Made by a program: the position numbers and the translations under genes. The notes below the pieces were generated by a model. The model had not been told where the DNA came from. It was given only the letters and a program-made list of their open reading frames with translations, and did not search any database. Below, one piece after another: positions 32,140-33,473 of a stretch of DNA of 33,473 bases. Source of the stretch: Priapulus caudatus. Lineage: Eukaryota. How positions within the stretch are numbered: position 1 is the first letter of the stretch; each line of letters opens with the position of its first letter. The stretch lies in the NCBI RefSeq assembly GCF_000485595.1, contig NW_014577089.1, forward strand, positions 133,452 through 166,924. Reading direction: 5' to 3'.

Positions 32140-33473
32140 CACGCAAGCATGCACGCATGCAGCGGAAGTACGCACGCCCGCCTTTCTATATACATTGGGC
32201 GACAGCCTCGGCCAGAGAGTCAGCATCATCGCTGGCCCCATTAAACAGATTCCATCGCCCGCTGTTCCGCTGAAGAATCACTTGGAGTAGTTTCAAGACG
32301 CCTCATCATGCGCTCTTGGTCAATAAAAAATTCATTACCCAAATGCGGCCGGGCACATGCACCGCGCAGGCCGTCACGCCAGCCAGGTCCTCACAGAGAC
32401 CCGTCTGGCAAGACGTCGACTCACTGCGCTCGCCATCGCCGGAAATATATAGATAGATAGTCTCTAAGTGCTATACGTGAACGGAGGACCTACACTACGA
32501 CACTCGACGCGGTGCTCAGAAGCGCCATTTTGCCTGCGGTGCGGCAAGCAACCGCCAGATGGCATTTACGTCGGTGGGGCGTCCACGTCATAGCGATGTA
32601 ACAAAGGATAGCCATGGCGAGGTGACTGAACAATAACTGCGTCGAGTAGTAGTTAGTTACGCGAGGACAGCGATGTGAACGCCAGAGCATCGTAAGCTAC
32701 ATAGCTGATTTTGCTGTTCAGCGTGCGCTGTATATAACTCGTGCATAGCCGAATATATGCGCACTCTAGTTATCACCGCAATAAAGATTGCGCAATTCCA
32801 GATGGAGGCTCTAGCAGGAAACTCGATCGCACTGAAATCCATCATCAATCAAACCGCCTCTGTAATGTCACATTCTTCGTGATGTGTTTGGCGACAGACA
32901 ACTGCAATAATAAATGTCTCTCCCCCTCACTTTATGTGTGTGTGTGGGGGAGGAAGGGTGCATGCGTGAGTGCGTGAGTGCGTGAGTCCGTGTGCTTATG
33001 CATGGATATACATGCGTATGTCTATCTTTACGTGTCTCTGTTTCCGTGTTTGGTTTGCGTGCATGCGCACGTGTCGTCTGCCCATCTGTCCGTCCACGCC
33101 TTCGCTTGACCGCCACCGACTACCGTGTGAACACACACACACCGGGCGACCTCCGCTAACGCCTCCACACACACGCGTGGACTCCGATCACCTGACCAGG
33201 GGCTCGCGCCGTTGACCGACGAAAACCGCGGGCGGGAAAGGCGAAAGAGGGCGACATCCCCTAACCGCCCATGCAAGCAACCACCGCCTATCATCGGACC
33301 AGTGGCTGTCCGCCGCCCATGCAGGCAACCACCGGCTATCATCGGACCAGTGGCTGTCCGGCGCCCATGCAAGCAACCACCGGCTATCATCGGACCAGTG
33401 GCTGTCCGCCGCCCATGCAGGCAACCACCGCCTATCATCGGACCAGTGTCTCGCGCGCCTGGCGGAGGGCGGG
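32140..33473 (+). repeat. ~1.5-kb duplicated segment (copy 2), runs off the window
   Basis: Matches 25450-27020. Confidence 0.9.
33265..33447. repeat. 48-bp minisatellite, about 4 copies
   Basis: CCGCCCATGCA(A/G)GCAACCACCG(C/G)CTATCATCGGACCAGTGGCTGTCCG repeated. Confidence 0.95.

Noticed and set aside
33028..33438. 16-aa repeat protein (MIGGGCLHGRRTATGP)n
   Set aside because: It is the translation of a 48-bp minisatellite open in several frames, with no splice or domain support.

Overview
Repeat-rich eukaryotic genomic DNA, most likely from an invertebrate animal (inferred from abundant CpG, TTAGGG repeats, spliceosomal-type splice sites and Helentron-type elements). It comes from a draft assembly with four N gaps (5083-5092, 6993-7843, 21445-22164, 28015-28039). 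From about 25.4 kb onward the sequence is indel-noisy and duplicated, as expected of unpolished long reads. I can identify no complete protein-coding gene, tRNA, rRNA or CRISPR array, and almost all listed ORFs are microsatellite or N-gap read-through. The sequence supports: (1) four copies of a CC...GG MITE family with 5-bp target duplications; (2) three tiny palindromic insertions, two with clean 7-bp and 9-bp target duplications; (3) a TIR element carrying (TTAGGG)n; (4) a Helentron/HINE-like element, a Harbinger-like MITE remnant and a probable RTE LINE 3' fragment; (5) several minisatellites, including a 31-bp array whose units resemble CTCF motifs; (6) a chain of candidate minus-strand exons (3068-5942), one encoding a coiled coil, from an unidentified and possibly pseudogenised gene; (7) repeat-poor blocks with transcription-factor-like motif clusters. 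I found no convincing wholly new system. The best leads are the CTCF-like array and the unusual MITE families.
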